Shown one piece after another: positions 1 through 14,839 of a stretch of DNA of 64,000 nucleotides (position 1 is the first letter of the stretch; every line of letters begins with the position of its first letter). Both the position numbers and the translations under genes were made by a program. The stretch spans positions 4,469,834 to 4,533,833 of the forward strand of contig JBJCIZ010000239.1 of the NCBI GenBank assembly GCA_051294375.1, in the 5' to 3' direction. Below the pieces are notes generated by a model, which was not told the origin of the DNA, did not search any database, and worked only from the letters and a program-made list of their open reading frames with translations. This DNA is from Paraspadella gotoi (taxonomy: Eukaryota > Animalia > Chaetognatha).

Positions 1-699
1 TCTGTTGGTTTTCCAGTCATGAACAAAATCTTTCAGTTAAATAGATGGTAAAGAAATTCGAGCTACAATGAATCTACACTGAAATTTGAAGAGTTGCAGC
101 CTAAACGACTGTAATAATATTGAATTAAAAATTTATTAGCAAAATCTTAAAAACATTTGTAAAATGTAATAGAGAGACATTTTGATAAACGTGTTCCAGT
201 TAGAAAGAATTCAGGGTTAAAGTTTAAAAAAACGTTTTCATTTTCAAAGGATACAAGTTGAAATTTAAAAATGTCTCTCTATTACATTTTTCTAATTCAG
301 TAATAAAAGAATTCATAAAAAATATCAGATGGATTGGCCTTTTTCGTTTGACCTGCAACTCTTCAGATAGGTTTCTTTTATTTTATATTATAATTAAAAC
401 CGATATAATATGGGGTAGAATGCATCAAATGCTAAAAGTGAATACATTTTCGGAAATCGCCAGGAGCTCAGCTTTCTGAATTTGTACTCCATTTTAGCCT
501 TTTTTGAAGTTGAATTGAATGACCCTTTTTCTTAAACACTAATACTTTTATAAATATCATTTTAACATCGATTAATAATATAAAAAAACTCAGTTTTTTT
601 TTGCTTCACCCTGTCCTCCTTTTTTCTTTCCTTCCTCCCTTCCTCGCTTCCTTTCCTCTTCCATCTTCCCTCCTTCTTTTCCTTTCCTCTTCCTCCCTC

Positions 700-1466
700 T
701 TCCTCATTCTGAGCGTGAGATCGAAACACGGAGGAATGATCAACGTAGTAAGAGTGATGGCTGGAGTGTACGTGATGATGATGATGATCGTGTATCCAGC
801 CCAGTCCCCATGTTGAGGCGCGTAGATGATGTCGTTTCGGGTAGAGGAATTGACGTTTGCGGCGAGGACGAGAGGAGGAAGAGGAAGAGGAAGGGGAGGA
901 GGAAGAGGAGGGGAGGAAGAGGAGGAAAACGAGGAGGCAAGTAATGAAGAGAGGAAGGAAGAGGAAGAGGAAGTGATAGGGGAGGAAGAGGATAAGGAAG
1001 AGGAGGATAACGAGGAAGGAAGTAAATGAAGGAGATGAGGAAGAGGAAGATTTAATCTTCGTTTCTTCCGCCTGGGGCTGCTGTATTCTCTGGCAACGGG
1101 TGGACCATTTTAACTGCTGCTTTATCCGATAATTGGACAAATCCCTTGAAAATGCTGCATTCGAAGATCGATTTTGACCCTCCTGGATTCAGTCATTTTT
1201 GAAGCCATGCAGTAGATGGTAGGAGACGCTGCTGTCGATGGAGCCGTTTTTTTGCAGCTGTTGCGTGAGAAGAAATAAAGACGCTGCCGTCGATGCAGTA
1301 ATTTTCTTGCAGCTTGCTGCATTTGAAGGTAAAGACGCGGCTGTCGATGCAGCCCATTACTGCAGCCTGCCTGCCAGCGATGGTAAAGACCGCCCTTTCT
1401 AACTGAGTGGCCGCAGTTTTTGCGCGCGACGAAACTGCAGGTCTTCGCAGCAAGTAGGAAAGTTGG
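700..1466 (-). other. Error-ridden copy of the Ala/Ser-rich RRKR-QF His-peptide unit (see 17229-17996); inverted copy at ~12085-13000
   Basis: SRPRRKRQFLYP and GLGWIHDHHHHHVHSSHHSYY are readable across frameshifts. Confidence 0.75.
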
Positions 1467-2078
1467 CTGAAATTGAAAAAAAACGACCAAAAAAAGTTCA
1501 ACGAGGCCGTTGGTGAACGATTTTGCGAGGAGTTGGTAAGCGATCGAATCGGGAACTCTATATAACGTCGCTCTAAATATTAAATTTGAATATATTTCTT
1601 GATCAAATCTAATTAAAAAAATTGGAATTGAGTATGTATAATTTTATTTTGTAAAAAAAAATTACACTCTCACATTCGTGTGTTAATGTATCATTATGTA
1701 ACAAAATGGCGAATTGATTGAAAAAAAAAGAACGTCATTGTAATATTGTAATATTCGATGCCTATTTAATTGAGAAATAGATTATATACGTAAGTGCTTC
1801 AAAAATTCAAAAGTTAAAATAAACACCTCAACTCTCTCTCTCCCTCCTCTTCTCTCTCTCTCTTCTCTCTCCTCTTCGTCTCTCTCTCTCTCTCTCCTCT
1901 CTTCCTGTTAAAAAATCAATTTGGTAGCGATGAACCGATCCATAATTTTCCCTCCTTTTCCTCTCCTCTCTCCTCCTCCTCCTCCTCTCCTCCTCTTCAA
2001 TACAATAATTAATATACCAACGAGGGACTCCTCCTCATCAATCCTCCTCCCCTTCCATCATCCCTCCCTCCTCCCTCC

Positions 2079-2280
2079 TCATCCCTGGCCAGTTCCAATC
2101 CTTGGGAAAGGGATCGTTTGTATTCTCGGTCGCGAGAATCTCCGGGTCGTGACCCCGTTGACGGTCTGCTTGGGCGGTTGACGGCGACTTCCCGCGTTGG
2201 TGAGACCGGGGAAAGCCGTAAGCGGGGCCGGCTTGGAGTGGGGGGATGCCAGTTCGGTGGGTTGGGAGAGTTTGGTGTGA
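2079..2280 (-). CDS. Putative GC-rich coding exon seen only in noisy read copies (also 11175-11392 +); falls in the 18251-18971 gap of the clean copy
   Basis: GC-rich island between microsatellites. Both copies give related translations (SQPTELA.P, G/AFP, TTRRFSR, RIQTIPF). The frame cannot be fixed. Confidence 0.35.
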
Positions 2281-2289
2281 GGGGAAGGG

Positions 2290-3015
2290 AGGGGAGGGAG
2301 AGAGGAAGAGAGGGAGAGAGGGAGAGAGAGAGGGAGAGAGAGAGGGAGAGAAGAGAGAGAGGGAGAAGAGAGTAAGAAATAAAGAGAGAGAGAGAAGAGT
2401 GAGAGAGAGAGAGAGTGGGAGTGGACCACAGAGACAGTGGAAGAGAGTGAGATAAAGAAGAGAGAGATGAGAAAAAAGAGAAATAGAGAGAGAGGAGAGA
2501 GAGAGGGAGAGAGAGAGAAGAGAGAGAAGAAAGAAAGAAGTGAAGTGACAGAGAACATTTAAGAGAGAGAGAGCGTGAGAAATAAAGAGAGAGAGAGAGA
2601 ACAGAGATTAGAAAGAGAAAGAGTGAGTTGACAGAAAGACAGTGAAGAGAAGTGGAAGAAGAAAGAGAGGAGAGAGGCGTGGAGAAATAAGAAGAAAGAG
2701 GAGAGAGAGAGAAGAGAGAGAGAGGAGAGAGGAGGAGAGAAGAGAACAGAGTGAGTGAACAGAGAACAAGTGAGAAGAGGAGTGAGAAAGAGAGGGAGAG
2801 AGAGAGGAAGAGAGAGCGAGAAGGAAAGAAGAGAGGGGAGAAAGAGAAGAAGAGAGAGAGAGAGAGAGGAGAGAGAGGAGAGAGAGTGAGAAAGAGAGAG
2901 AGAAGAGAGGGAGAGAGAGCGAGAAAGGAAAGAGGAGGAGAGAGGTGAGAAGAGAAGAGAGAGAGAGGAGAGAGTGGAACAGAGACAGTGAGAGAGAAGT
3001 GAGGAGAGAGACGAC
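2290..3015 (+). repeat. Degenerate (GA)n microsatellite; mirrored as (CT)n at ~10390-11170
   Basis: Seen directly. It produces the spurious RE/SL ORFs. Confidence 0.9.
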
Positions 3016-4022
3016 AGAAAAGGAGGACGGGGGTACAGGGGGGGGTGGACGGACAGACGGGTCCCCGGGTTGTTGCGTCGGTGAAGACGAAGAGTTCTTG
3101 GAAATGGAAATTGTTTTGTTTGTTTTTTTTTTCCGTGTTTGGTTAAAAATTTAATGATTTATTTATCTATTTAAATAGTTAGTTTTTAATGATGTACAGG
3201 TTTTGTTTTTCCTATTAAATACGTACTTTTAATTACTTTTTCCTTTCCATTGTTTGCTTCAAAATTACTTTTTTTTCAACCTATTTTAATTTTAAACTAT
3301 TTTAAATTAATTGTAAGTTTTCCCCCCTGTGCTGTTTGCTTACTTTTTCTTTTTTATTTTTCTTTAACTGGTTTAACCTGGTTAAATGTTTTAACTGGTT
3401 AAACTGGTTTAAATGGTTTAACTGGTTAAAATGGTGGAACCCTGGTTTAAATTGGTTAAATAGTTAAGATGGTTAACTGGTTTATACTTCTGGCTTTTTA
3501 AATTTATCTTTTTTCCTCCCTTTTTTCGCTGTTTCCTATCTTCCCTTCCTTTCCTTCTTTCTTTATAATTTTTCCTTTTTTTATTTTTTCCCTTTTGGAT
3601 CTTCCCTTTATTTTCCCTTTTTATATACTTTAAAACTACACGTTAAAACCCTATTTTAAATATAAAGTTAAAATAATTGAAATGTGAATTACTAAAAAAC
3701 TAAAATATTTTACTCTTATTCCGTCTTATCTTTCCGCCTTGACACCTGCCCATTAAGCCGGCGGCGGCGGGGCGGCAACGCGCGCCGCACCGGCCGGCCG
3801 GGCACTACCGGCGCCACGCGGCGGCGGCCCCCGTAGGCGCTTTGCCCTAGCCCGGCGGTAACGCAAGCCCATTCGGTGTAAGTAAAGGATGAAACCAGAC
3901 GGCCGTAGTTTCGTTTGCTGCCGTCGATGGTTGAAGAAGGTTTTTGATCGCCGATGGCGTATATGGTTGGGACGGGAAAGGGAAAGGCCTGGGGGAAAAA
4001 GAGAAGAGAAGGAGAAGGAGAG

Positions 4023-4064
<42 letters not shown>

Positions 4065-7000
4065 AGAAGAGAGAGAGAGAGAAGGAGAGGAAGAGAGCCG
4101 TTGGGCGATGGGTCTTTTGTAAGGCGGGTTTTGGTAAGGTCGCGCCCTTAACCATAACAGAGTCCCCCTTGACAAGATCGGTCCCGTAACAATCCAACAA
4201 TTGAAGCCCAAATTACTAAAATTGTAATTTCTTTCGCTTCCCCCCACACAAGTTGGCATTAAAAGAAATATTTTTTTTTTAACTTTATCGTCTATTTTTT
4301 AAATGTCAAATAATGAAATCGTGAAATAGTAAATATGGACAAATTCAAACAAAGATAAGAGCCCTTTTCCAAAACAAATTTCCTCTTATTTAAGGCATTT
4401 TGTTTTTTCATTAAGTAAATTTTTTTGGACAATTGTTGCCCCCCTTTCTCGTTTAAAGATAAAACCTTTCCAACCTTATTCTTTTTTAAACCATTTTTTT
4501 TTTTCCTCAAAGCCACTGAGTTAAATCAAATAATAACAAGAAGGGCAAAGAAAACGAAAATTATTTAAAAGACGGCCAGTGGTGTTTCCCCTGAAAATAC
4601 ATTTAAGATATAATTAAAACAATTAAATTTTTTTTAGTTTTTTTTTTGGATTTAACAGTCAAACTTATTTTTATTCAAATTATTTAAAATGTTGACATGC
4701 CCCAATGCTTCATTTTGCGTGTGCGTGAATAATACTAATTCCCCCCAATTGCTCAATTCAAGTTATTTTTTTTTTTTTTGCTTGAAAAATGTTATCTTTT
4801 GGGTGGGAAAATATTATATGAAAATCAATGGCTGGGTAAATTTTATTTGTTTTTTACAAAATATAAAATGTAAAAGAAATAAAATTTGAGCCAAAAAATA
4901 ATTAATATATAAAGATTGGCCTTGAATTTTTTTAAAGTAGAGAAAATTTATTAAGAGAACAAGCCCAACAAAATGCGGCCCAGATGCCTTGTAAAAGACA
5001 AAATAATGGCAAAGTAACCAAGAAATGCCATTGAATAAGGTTAATCAAAAAATATGTAAAAAATGCCCATAAGAAAAAATCATTATTTTTTTTTAGCGTA
5101 TTTGCTTTGAGAAGGAAAACATTGCTGCGTCAATCGAGAAAGGAGGAAAAAAGCCATTGCCCCCCTCTTTGAGAGGTTCAATAAACATTAACATTGAAAA
5201 TAATTTTAAAATGTAATTTCTATATTGTTAAAAAATTCCGTTAAATATTCTTGGGAAGAAGGCAAGCAGGCAGTTAACTTGTTTTTTAAACCAATTAACC
5301 CGTTTTACCATTGGAAACCAACCCTTATTCCTAAGAAACGGTTTTTGATTAACCCCACATCGTCCCCGGGAAAGAATATTTCCCCCCAAATTGGATGGTG
5401 GGCTGGTGATGGGTGGTGGAGGTGGTTGATGGGGTGGGTGATGGACCCCGTCGAACTGGTGAATGGTGGATGACCCGTGGGACTATGATGGGTGGATGGA
5501 TGAATGCCCCCGTGGAACCTTAAATGATGGTGGGTGCCCCCCCGGTGGGATGGTTGGTGGGAAAATTAGCTTTGTGATGACGGTGGAATGGCTGTGATGG
5601 TGATGTTCCGGTCCTATCCAAATTCCTCCCATTCCCGTAATACGAAATCCCCTCCCCGGGGCCCGATAGTAATAAACCCAAACCCCAAACCCCATCCGTT
5701 TGCCACCAAAATTTGTTCGCTTGGTTCGGTGGGGACGGAAAAAGGAAGGGAGGCCAGTTTGATTTCGTTTTTTGGTTGTTGTTTTATGTCAGGGCCGTTG
5801 TAGCTGAAGAGCTTTCGTTCTTTTTTTTGGGGGGGGGGGAGGGAGGGAAAAAGTAGGGGATTTTCGAATTTTTTGGATGTCCGGGACAGTTTGAAAATGT
5901 TGGGTGGCAAGGGTTTCCGGTAATTAGGAAATTAAGTTTTATACGTAGGTTATGAAGATTTGGGTATTTGGGTAAAATTAGTTTTTTGAGAAAATGGAAT
6001 CCAAATATTTGTTCACCAAATTAAAGGCAATGAAAGTTTTATTTTTATGGTGTCAAGGTTTAAAGTTTAATTGGGAAAGGAAAGCAGTGAAATAGAAATT
6101 TTTCCGAGGGTAGTCCATATTTTGGTCAGGCATTGAGATTTGGCATGGGAAAGGAAGATGGAATAAATGTTTTTGGGGCAAAGGGTATAACAACCCAGAC
6201 AAAAAAAGAGAAGCTAATTAATTTTAATATCAAAATGGGTGCTTTAGCTACAATAAAACAAACCCTATTTTTTAGTTTTTCTTTTTGGCAAAAAAGTAGT
6301 TTGGGTTAATAAAAAGCCTCAGTCCATAAGAAAGTTAACAGAAAATTCCAATTTTTAAAATTTCCCAAAAACTTTTTTTGGATGTTGGGTCCAGAAAATG
6401 GTGAAAACAGAGATGGATTTAGAAATAAAGATAGAGTTAATGAAGTTAATTTTTAACCAATTTTTTTATATATAATTAATAAGTTTAAACATTTTTTGCC
6501 CTGAAAAAATACACATATATTTTTCTATTTAAAGATAAAAGATTTTTTTTTTTAACTTTAAAAATTATGAAATTTCAAATTGAACTAAAGCAAGTCCCTT
6601 TGATAACAGCAAACGATTTTTAATTTTTATTGTCAGCCCCTTGAAGGCTTTGAATGAAAAGCCCGAAACTTTGTCTGGGTAACAATATAAATCCGTTGCC
6701 CTGGTATCATAGACTTTGTCCCCTTTTAATTTTCAATTTGAAATTTTCCATAATTTTTTTTTAAAAGTAAAAAATCTTATCTTTTAATAGAAATATATGG
6801 GTGTTTTTATTTTTTTTTTAAGGCAAAAAAATGGTTTTAACTTATTATTATATATAAAAAATTTGTTAAATTTAGCTTCATAAACTCCTATCTCTTATTT
6901 TCTTAAATTCCATCTTCTTTGTTTTTCACAATTTTCTTGAACCCAACATCAAAAAAAGTTCTTTTTGAAATTTTAAAAATATGATTTTTTCTGTTTTTAT

Positions 7001-10000
7001 TTCCTTAATGACTGAAAGGCTTTTAAATACCCAAACTTTACTTTTGCCAGAAAACTAAAAAATAGTTTTTTTGTTTTTTTATTGTAGCTAAGCACATTTT
7101 GGAATATAAATTTAATTTAAGTTTTTTTCTTTCCTCTCCTTTTTGGTCTGGATTGGGTTTTTCTTTGCCCAAACATTTAATTCCCAATCTTTCCCCTCAA
7201 AATGCCAAAATTTCAATTGCCTGACCAATCTTGACTAAACCCTCGAAAATTTCTTATCAACTGGCTTTCTTTCGCCATTTTTAACTTTTTTAACTTGAAC
7301 ACAAAAATACCAACTCATGCCTTAATTGTGAAACAAAATATTTGATTCCCATTTCCTCAAAACCCTTATACCAAATAACCCAAATCTCATAAAACCTTAA
7401 CGTATAAACTTAATCCTATTGACGAACCGCTTCACCGCAACATCAAACTCCGTCCGACATCAAATCGAATCCCCTAAAACCTTCCTCCCCTCCCCCCCCC
7501 CCCAAAAAGAAAGAGCTCTCAAGCTTACAACGGCACCTTGGACATAAACCAACAACAACGGATTAATTCAAACTTGGCCCTTCCCCTCCTTTTCCCGTTT
7601 CACGAAACCAATAGCGAACCAATTTTGTTGGCCAAAACCGGATGGGGTTGGGGTTTTTGGGTTTATTACTATTCGCCCCGGGGGATTCGGATACGGAAAA
7701 TGGGAGGGAATTTTGATTACGAACCGATAACATCAAAACCATCAACAGCCCATCCACCCCTCCCCCATCACAGTATCAACCACCATCACGGGCACCCAAC
7801 CATCAAGTCCCCACCGGCGCCATCAATCATTCAAACCATCATAGTCCACGGTTCCCCATCCACCAATCCAACAGTCACGGTCCATCACCCACCCATCAAA
7901 CCACCCTCACCACCATCACAGCCACAATCAAATTGGAAAATATTCCCCTTTCCCGACGAATTGTTGGGGTTTAATCAAAACGTCTTAGAAAGATAAAGGG
8001 GTTTGGTTCATGGTTAAACGGTTAATTGGGTTTTAAAAAAACCAAGTTTACTGCCCTGCCCTGCCCCTCCCTTCCAGAAATATTTACGAATTTGGGTAAC
8101 AATATAGAAAATTACATTTAAAATTTATTTCCAAATGTATGGTTTTGATCTCAAAGAGCATGGGCTTTTTCCTCCCTCGCTTCGAAATTGACGGCTTGGT
8201 CAATTTTGTGTTTCCCTTCCTTTCAAAGCCAAAATCGCTTTTTTAAAAATAATAAATTTTTAATGGAATTTTTCCCTATGGCAAATTTACATATTTTTTG
8301 ATTACCTCTTTTTTCAATTGGAAATTTCTTTTGGTACTTTGCATTATTGTTCCTTTTTACAGCATCCTTGCCTCTGCGCAAATTTTTTTGTTTTGGCCTT
8401 GGGTTTCCTCCTATAAATTTTTCTTCTACTTTAAAATCTTAATGCATCTTCTTTTATATATTAAATTTTTTTGCATCAAATTTTTTTTATTCTTTTACAT
8501 TTTTAATTATTTTAAAACATAAAAATTCCAAGCAATGATTTTTTCATATTAAATATTTCCCCACCTCAGATTAAAACATTTTTTTTCAAGGCAAAAAAAA
8601 AATAATTTTGATGAGCCAATGAAATTACGTTTTATTATTCCCCACGCACACGCAAAAAAATGGAAAGCATGCCATGTCACACATTTTTAATATTTGAAAA
8701 TAAAAATTTAAAGTTTTGAAACTGTTTATCCAAAAACCTAAATTTTTAAAATTGTTAAATTATATCTTTAATTGTTATTCAAGAAACCACAACTGGCCCC
8801 CGCCCTTTTTTAAATATTTCGTTTTTCTGCCTCTGTATTAATTGATTTACTCAGTGGGCTTTTGGAAAAAAAAATTGTTAAAAAGAAATAGTTGGAGGTT
8901 TAAATCTTTTTTAACGAGAGCAACATTGGTCCAAATATCTTTAAATTGAAAAACAATGGGCTTAAATAAGAGAAAAATTGTTTTGAAAGCTTCTTTTTTT
9001 CCTTTTGGGTTTGAATTGTCCATTATTTACTATTTCCACGGAAATTTTTTCAAATATTTGACAATTAAAAATAGACCCGGATTAAGTTTAAAAAAATATT
9101 TCTTTAATGGCAACCTTGTGGTGGGAAAAAGGCGAAAGAAAAATACATTTAGTAAGTTGCCTTCAATTGTTTGGGATTGGTACGAACCGCTCTTGTTCAA
9201 GACTTCTGGCTGGTAAGGCCGACCTTTCCAAACCGGCCTTTACAAAGACCCATCGCCAACGCCTCCTCCCGTCTCTCTCTCTATCCTTCTCTCCTCTCTT
9301 CTCGTCTCTCCTCTCTCTCTCTTCTCTCCCTTCCTCTCTTCGCTCTCTCCCTCCCTCTAAATCTCTCTCTTTCTCCTTTTTTTTCCCCCAGCCTTCCTTT
9401 CCCTGTCGCCCAACCAATAACCGGCCATCCCGGCGATCCAACTCCTCACCATCGACGCAGCAAACGAAACTACTTTGCCGTCTGGGTTCATCCCTTAACT
9501 ACACTGGATGGGGCTGGCGTACCCGCCCCGGCCTTGGGCAACGCCCTAAACGGGCCCCCCGCCGCGGGTGCCGCTCGGTAAAAGTGCCCCGCCGCCCCGG
9601 TGCCGGCCGTGCGCGCCCCCCGCCCCGCCGAGCTTACTGGCAGGTGTTTCCAGCGGGAAAGAAATTAAAAGACGAAATAAGAAGTGAATATTTTTTTAGT
9701 CCCCTTTTTTAGTAATCAATTCCATAATAATTTTTTAACTTATTATTTAACATGAGGCGTTTTTAACGTACGGTAAGTTTTTAAAGTATAAATAAAAAGG
9801 GAAATTAAAGGGAAAAGATCAAAAGAAATATAAAAAAAGAAAAATAATAAAGAAAGAAAGGAAGGAAAGGGAGATAGAAACCGAAAAGGGAAGAAAAAAA
9901 TTGAATTAAAGCCAGAGGTAACCAGTTTAACCATCCCTAACTAGTTTTTTAACCAATTTTAACCAGGTCACCATTTTTAACCAGTTTAAACCATTTTTAC

Positions 10001-10705
10001 CAGTTTAACCAGTTTAACCCCCATTTTACCAGTTTTACCAGTTTTAAAGAAAATAAAAAAAGGTGTCACAGGCCAAAAAAAAACAGGGAAAACTACAATA
10101 ATTTAAAAATAAGTAAAAAATAAATAGGTTTTGGAAAAAAAAAAGTATTTTGAAGCAACAAATGAAAGAAGAAAAAGTTAAATAAAGTAGGTATTTTTTT
10201 TAAATAGAAAAAAAGAACCCCTGTGACAATCATAAAAACTAATATTTAATTAAGATAATAAATCATTAAATTTTAAACAAACACGAAAAAAAACCAACCA
10301 AAACAATCCCTATCAAACTCTCGTCTTCACGACGGCCAAAACCCGACCCTCTGTCGTCCCACCCCCCTTAACCCCCCCGTCTCCTTTTCCTTCGGTCTCT
10401 TCTCTCACTCCCTTATCACTGTCTCCTGTTCCCATCTTCTCCTCTCTCTCTTCTCTTCTTTCCTCACTTCCGCTCTCTTCTCTTTCCTTCCCTCGCTCTC
10501 TTCTCCTCCTCTCTCTCTCTCTTTTTCTCAATCTTTTCCTCTCTTCTCTCCTTCTCCTCCTTTCCTCTCTCTCTCCCTCTCTCTTTCCTCGAGCTCTCTC
10601 TCTCCTTTTCCCTTCTCCGCTTTCTTCTCCCTCTCTCTCTCTCCTCTTTTCTCACTCTCTCTCACTGTTCTGCACTCACTCCTTTCTCTTCTCTCTCTCT
10701 CTCTC

Positions 10706-10738
<33 letters not shown>

Positions 10739-13700
10739 ATTTCTCAAACGCTTCTCCTCTCTCTTTCTCACTCTTCCTCTCACTGTCTCCTGTTACTCAC
10801 TTCTTTCTCTTTCTATCTCCTGGTCCTTCTCTCTCTCTCCTTTTTATTTTTCTCAACGCTCTTTCTCTCTAAATGGTCTCTGTTCCCACTCCAACTCTTT
10901 TTCTCTCTCTCTCCCTCTTTCTCTCTCTCTCTCCTCTCTCTCTCCTCTCTTCCCTCTTTTATCTCACCCTCTCTCTCTTTCCTCACTTCCTCTCTCAACT
11001 GTCCCCTCTTGTCACGGTCCACTCTTTTCTCTCCTCTCTCACTCTTTCTCCTTCTCTCCTCTTTTATTTTCTTTACTCTCTCTCCCTCCTCCTCCTCCTC
11101 TTCCTCCCCTCTCTCTCTTCCCCTCTTCTTCTCTCCCCTCTCTCCCTCTCTTCCTCTCTCCCCCTCCCCTCCCCTCCCTCACACAAACCTCTCCCAACCC
11201 ACCGAACTGGCCATCCCCCCCCCACTCCAAGCGGCCCCGCTTTACGGCTTCCCCCCGGTCTTCACCAAGCGGGATCCCGCCGTCCCAAAACGCCAAGCAA
11301 CCCGGTCCCCCAACGGGGTCAAACGACCCGGAGATTCTCGCGGACGAAGAATACAAACGATCCCTTTCAAAGGGGAATGGCTGGCCGGATGAGGAGGAGG
11401 GGAAGGATTGAAATGAAAGGAAAAGGAAGGAATGAAATGGAGGAAAGGAATTCCCCTCGTGGTATATTTATTGGTATTGAAGGAGGGAGGAAGGAGGAGG
11501 AGGGAGGGAGGAGGAAAGGAGGAAGAAAGGGAGGAAGAAATATGGACTGTTTCATCGTAAACCAAATTGAAATTTTTTTAACGAGAGAGAGAGGAAGAGA
11601 GGAGAGAGAGAGGGAGGAGAGAGAGAGAAGAGAGGAGAGAGAAGAGAGGGAAGGGAAGAGTTGAAGTGTTTAAATTTTAACTTTGGAATTTTGAAGCACT
11701 TAACGTGAATAATAATCTATTTCTTCAAATTAAAATTAGCAATCGAAATATTAAAAACCAATAATTTACAATGACGTTCTTTTTTTTTCAATCACAATTT
11801 CCCCGCCCATTTTTTTTTGTACAATGTATTACATAACAACACCGATTTGTGAGAGTTTGGTGTAATTTTTTTACAATAAAAAATATACATTAATCAATTC
11901 AATTTTTTTTAATTTAGAATTTTGATCAAGAAAATATTTCCAAATTAAATATTTTAAAGAGCGAACCCCGTTTTAAATATAGAGTTCCCCGATCCGATGT
12001 TTAAACCAACCCTCCTCGCAAATCGTTCCACCAAACGGGCCCTTCGTGAACTTTTTTTGGTCGTTTTTTTTTTTTTCAATTTCAGCCAACTTCCCTATTG
12101 GGGCTTGCGAAAGACCCTGCAGTTTCGTCCCGCAAAAAACTTGGCGGCACTTTTTCAGTTTTTTTTAGAAAAGGGGCTGCGTCCTTTTACCATCGCTGGG
12201 CAGCAGCCCTGCAGTAAATGGCTGCATCGGACCAGCCCCCGCGGTCCCCTTTTTAACCGCCTTCAAATGCCAGCAGCTTTGCAGAAAAATTACTCATCGG
12301 ACGGCAGCGGTCCCCTTAAATCTTCCTCACGCAAAACAGCCTGCCAAAAAAAACGGCTCCGCCATCCGAAGCCAACGTCCCCTCTACCATCCTAACTGCA
12401 AGTGGTTTTTCAAAAAAAATGACCCTGGATCCAGGAAAAGGTCAAAATCGATCTTCGAAATGCCAGCAATTTTTCAGGATTTGTCCGAATTATCGGATAA
12501 AGCAGCAAAAGTTTAAAAATGTCAACCCGTTGCAAGAGAATACAGCAGCCCCCCAGCCGGAAAAAAGAAACCGAGATTAAAATCTTCTCGCTTTTTCCCT
12601 CATCTCCTTATTTACATTTCCCTCCTCGTTATCCCCTTCCTCTTTCCTTTTATCCTCTTCCTCCGCCCTAATCAACTTTTCCTCTTCCCCTCCTTCCTCC
12701 CTCCTCCTTCATTTTTAAACTTTCCCCATCCTCGTTTTTTCCCTCCCTCTTCCTCCCTTCCCCGCTCTTTTCCTGCCTCCCTCTTTCCCTTTCCTCTTGC
12801 CCTCCCTCTCCGTCCTCGCCGCAAACGTAATTCCCCTTCTACCCGACGAACATCATCTACGGGCCCTCAACATGGGAAACTTGGGGCTGGGATACAAACC
12901 CGATGCATCCAATCCATCATCAGTACCACCTCCAGCCATCCAACTTCTACTACGTTGAAAATTCATTTCCTCCCCCGTGGTTTTTTCGATCTCACGCTTC
13001 AGAATGGAGGAAGAGGGAGGAAGAGGAAAGGGAAAGAAAAGGAAGGGAGGAAGATGGGGAAGAGGAAAGAAAAGGAAGGAAGGGGAAGGAAAGGAAAGAA
13101 AAAGGGGAGGACAAGGGGTGAAAGCCAAAAAACTGAAGGTTTTTTTTTTTTATATTAATTATCGATGTAAAATGATAATTTATAAAGTTAATTAGTGGGT
13201 TTTAAGAAAAAGGGTCCATTCCAATTTCAACTTCAAAATTAGGCCCTAAATGGAGGTACAAATTCAGAAAGCTGAGCTCCTGGCGAAATTCCCGAAATGT
13301 ATTCCCACTTTAGCATTTGATGCATTCCCCTACCCCATAATTAAATATCGGGTTTTTTTTAAATTTAAATATAGAAATTAAAAAGAACTAATCTGAAGAG
13401 TTTGCAAGGTCAAAAACGAAAAAAGGCCCCAAATCCCATCTGAAAAAAATATTTTTTTTTATGAATTTCCTTTTTATTACTGGAAATTAGAAATGTAATA
13501 GAGAGACCCTTTTTTAAAATTTCAACTTGGTATTCCTTGAAAATGAAAAACTTTTTTTTTTAAAACTTTTTAAAACCCTGAAAAATTTCCCTTTCTAACC
13601 TGGAACAACCGTTTTTTATCCAAAAATGTCCTCTCCTTATTAACAATTTTTACAAATGGTTTTTAGAATTGCGCCTAAATAAATTTTTAATTCAATATTA

Positions 13701-14839
13701 TTTACAGTCGTTTTTAAAGGCCTGCAAAACTTTTTCAAATTCAAGTGGTAAGAATTCATTGTAAGCCCGGGAATTTTTTCTTTACCATTCTATTTTTAAC
13801 TTGAAGATTTTTGTGGGTCATGACTGAACCAAACAGATAAACCGAGATTTATTGTTTAAATTCTCCCCTTCCCTAAACTTTTTTCCTCATACCGTTGTTT
13901 TTTTTAAACTTCCTTTAACCCCTAGAAATTTTTTAACAAACCCGATTGGAAAAACAAACTCTTTAAAAAAAATGTGCTTACCCCCATTTTTTAAAACCTT
14001 AACAAATTTGTTATTTCCCATTTTAAAAAATTTTATTTTGAAAACAGAAATGAAAACTACAAATAATAAGAACTTATTTTTTCCTTTGTGATTACTGATG
14101 ACTATATGTTATTTCCCTCCGTATATTAGCTTTCCCTAACAATCAAATGAAATTACGTTATTGGTTAATGCTGAATGAACCCCCTTTTTTTTCTTCTTAA
14201 CAGATTAAATATTATTATATTATTAACAAAAAAGGTTTTTGTTTCAATATTAATTAATAATATAAAATATAATTAATCTTATTTTTTTGATTAGTTGATT
14301 AATTAAATAATTAAAAATATTAAAATATTAAATATTAATTTTTTTTTAATGTTTTTGTTTCATTTTATAAGTTTTGAAAATTATAATATTTTTAATGTTG
14401 TAAAATAACTATTATATAATTTTAAAAAATAAAAACAAATAAGCTCGTTTTTAGTGTTCCAACCAAAAACTCGGTTTTTTGCGTCACCCAGACATCGTTT
14501 TCCCTCGTTTTAAGGAAAAAGAGAAAGAAGAAGAAAGAACAGAAAAAATAACGAAAAAAAAAATCTGCCAAACAGAAAGCATTTCCGCCTTTTTGCCCGA
14601 AGAAATTCCGCATCAACGACAAACAACCATAAAAACAAAACAACGAACGACTAGCCGTCTTTCGCCCTTCCCCCCAAACGGTTTTTCGGTCCCGAACGAA
14701 TCCGGAAATCCCGCTTGCCGCAAGATTCCCGGACCCGGCGAGGTTTTGGAAAGCAAATTTTCCGGGTCGTCCCCATCGCGGAACGAAGCCCCACTTTTCA
14801 GGATGCCGGGAAAGNNNNNNNNNNNNNNNNNNNNNNNNN

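Larger units (their letters stand above)
1..14814. repeat. Giant fold-back palindrome (arms ~1-6636 and ~6675-13830, the right arm continuing to 14814); noisy duplicate of ~15.6-22.4 kb
   Basis: The arms are reverse complements (e.g. 740-1560 vs 11970-12960; 5340-5900 vs 7440-7990) with many homopolymer insertions. The left arm is colinear with the cleaner copy at ~16510-22450. Confidence 0.92.
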
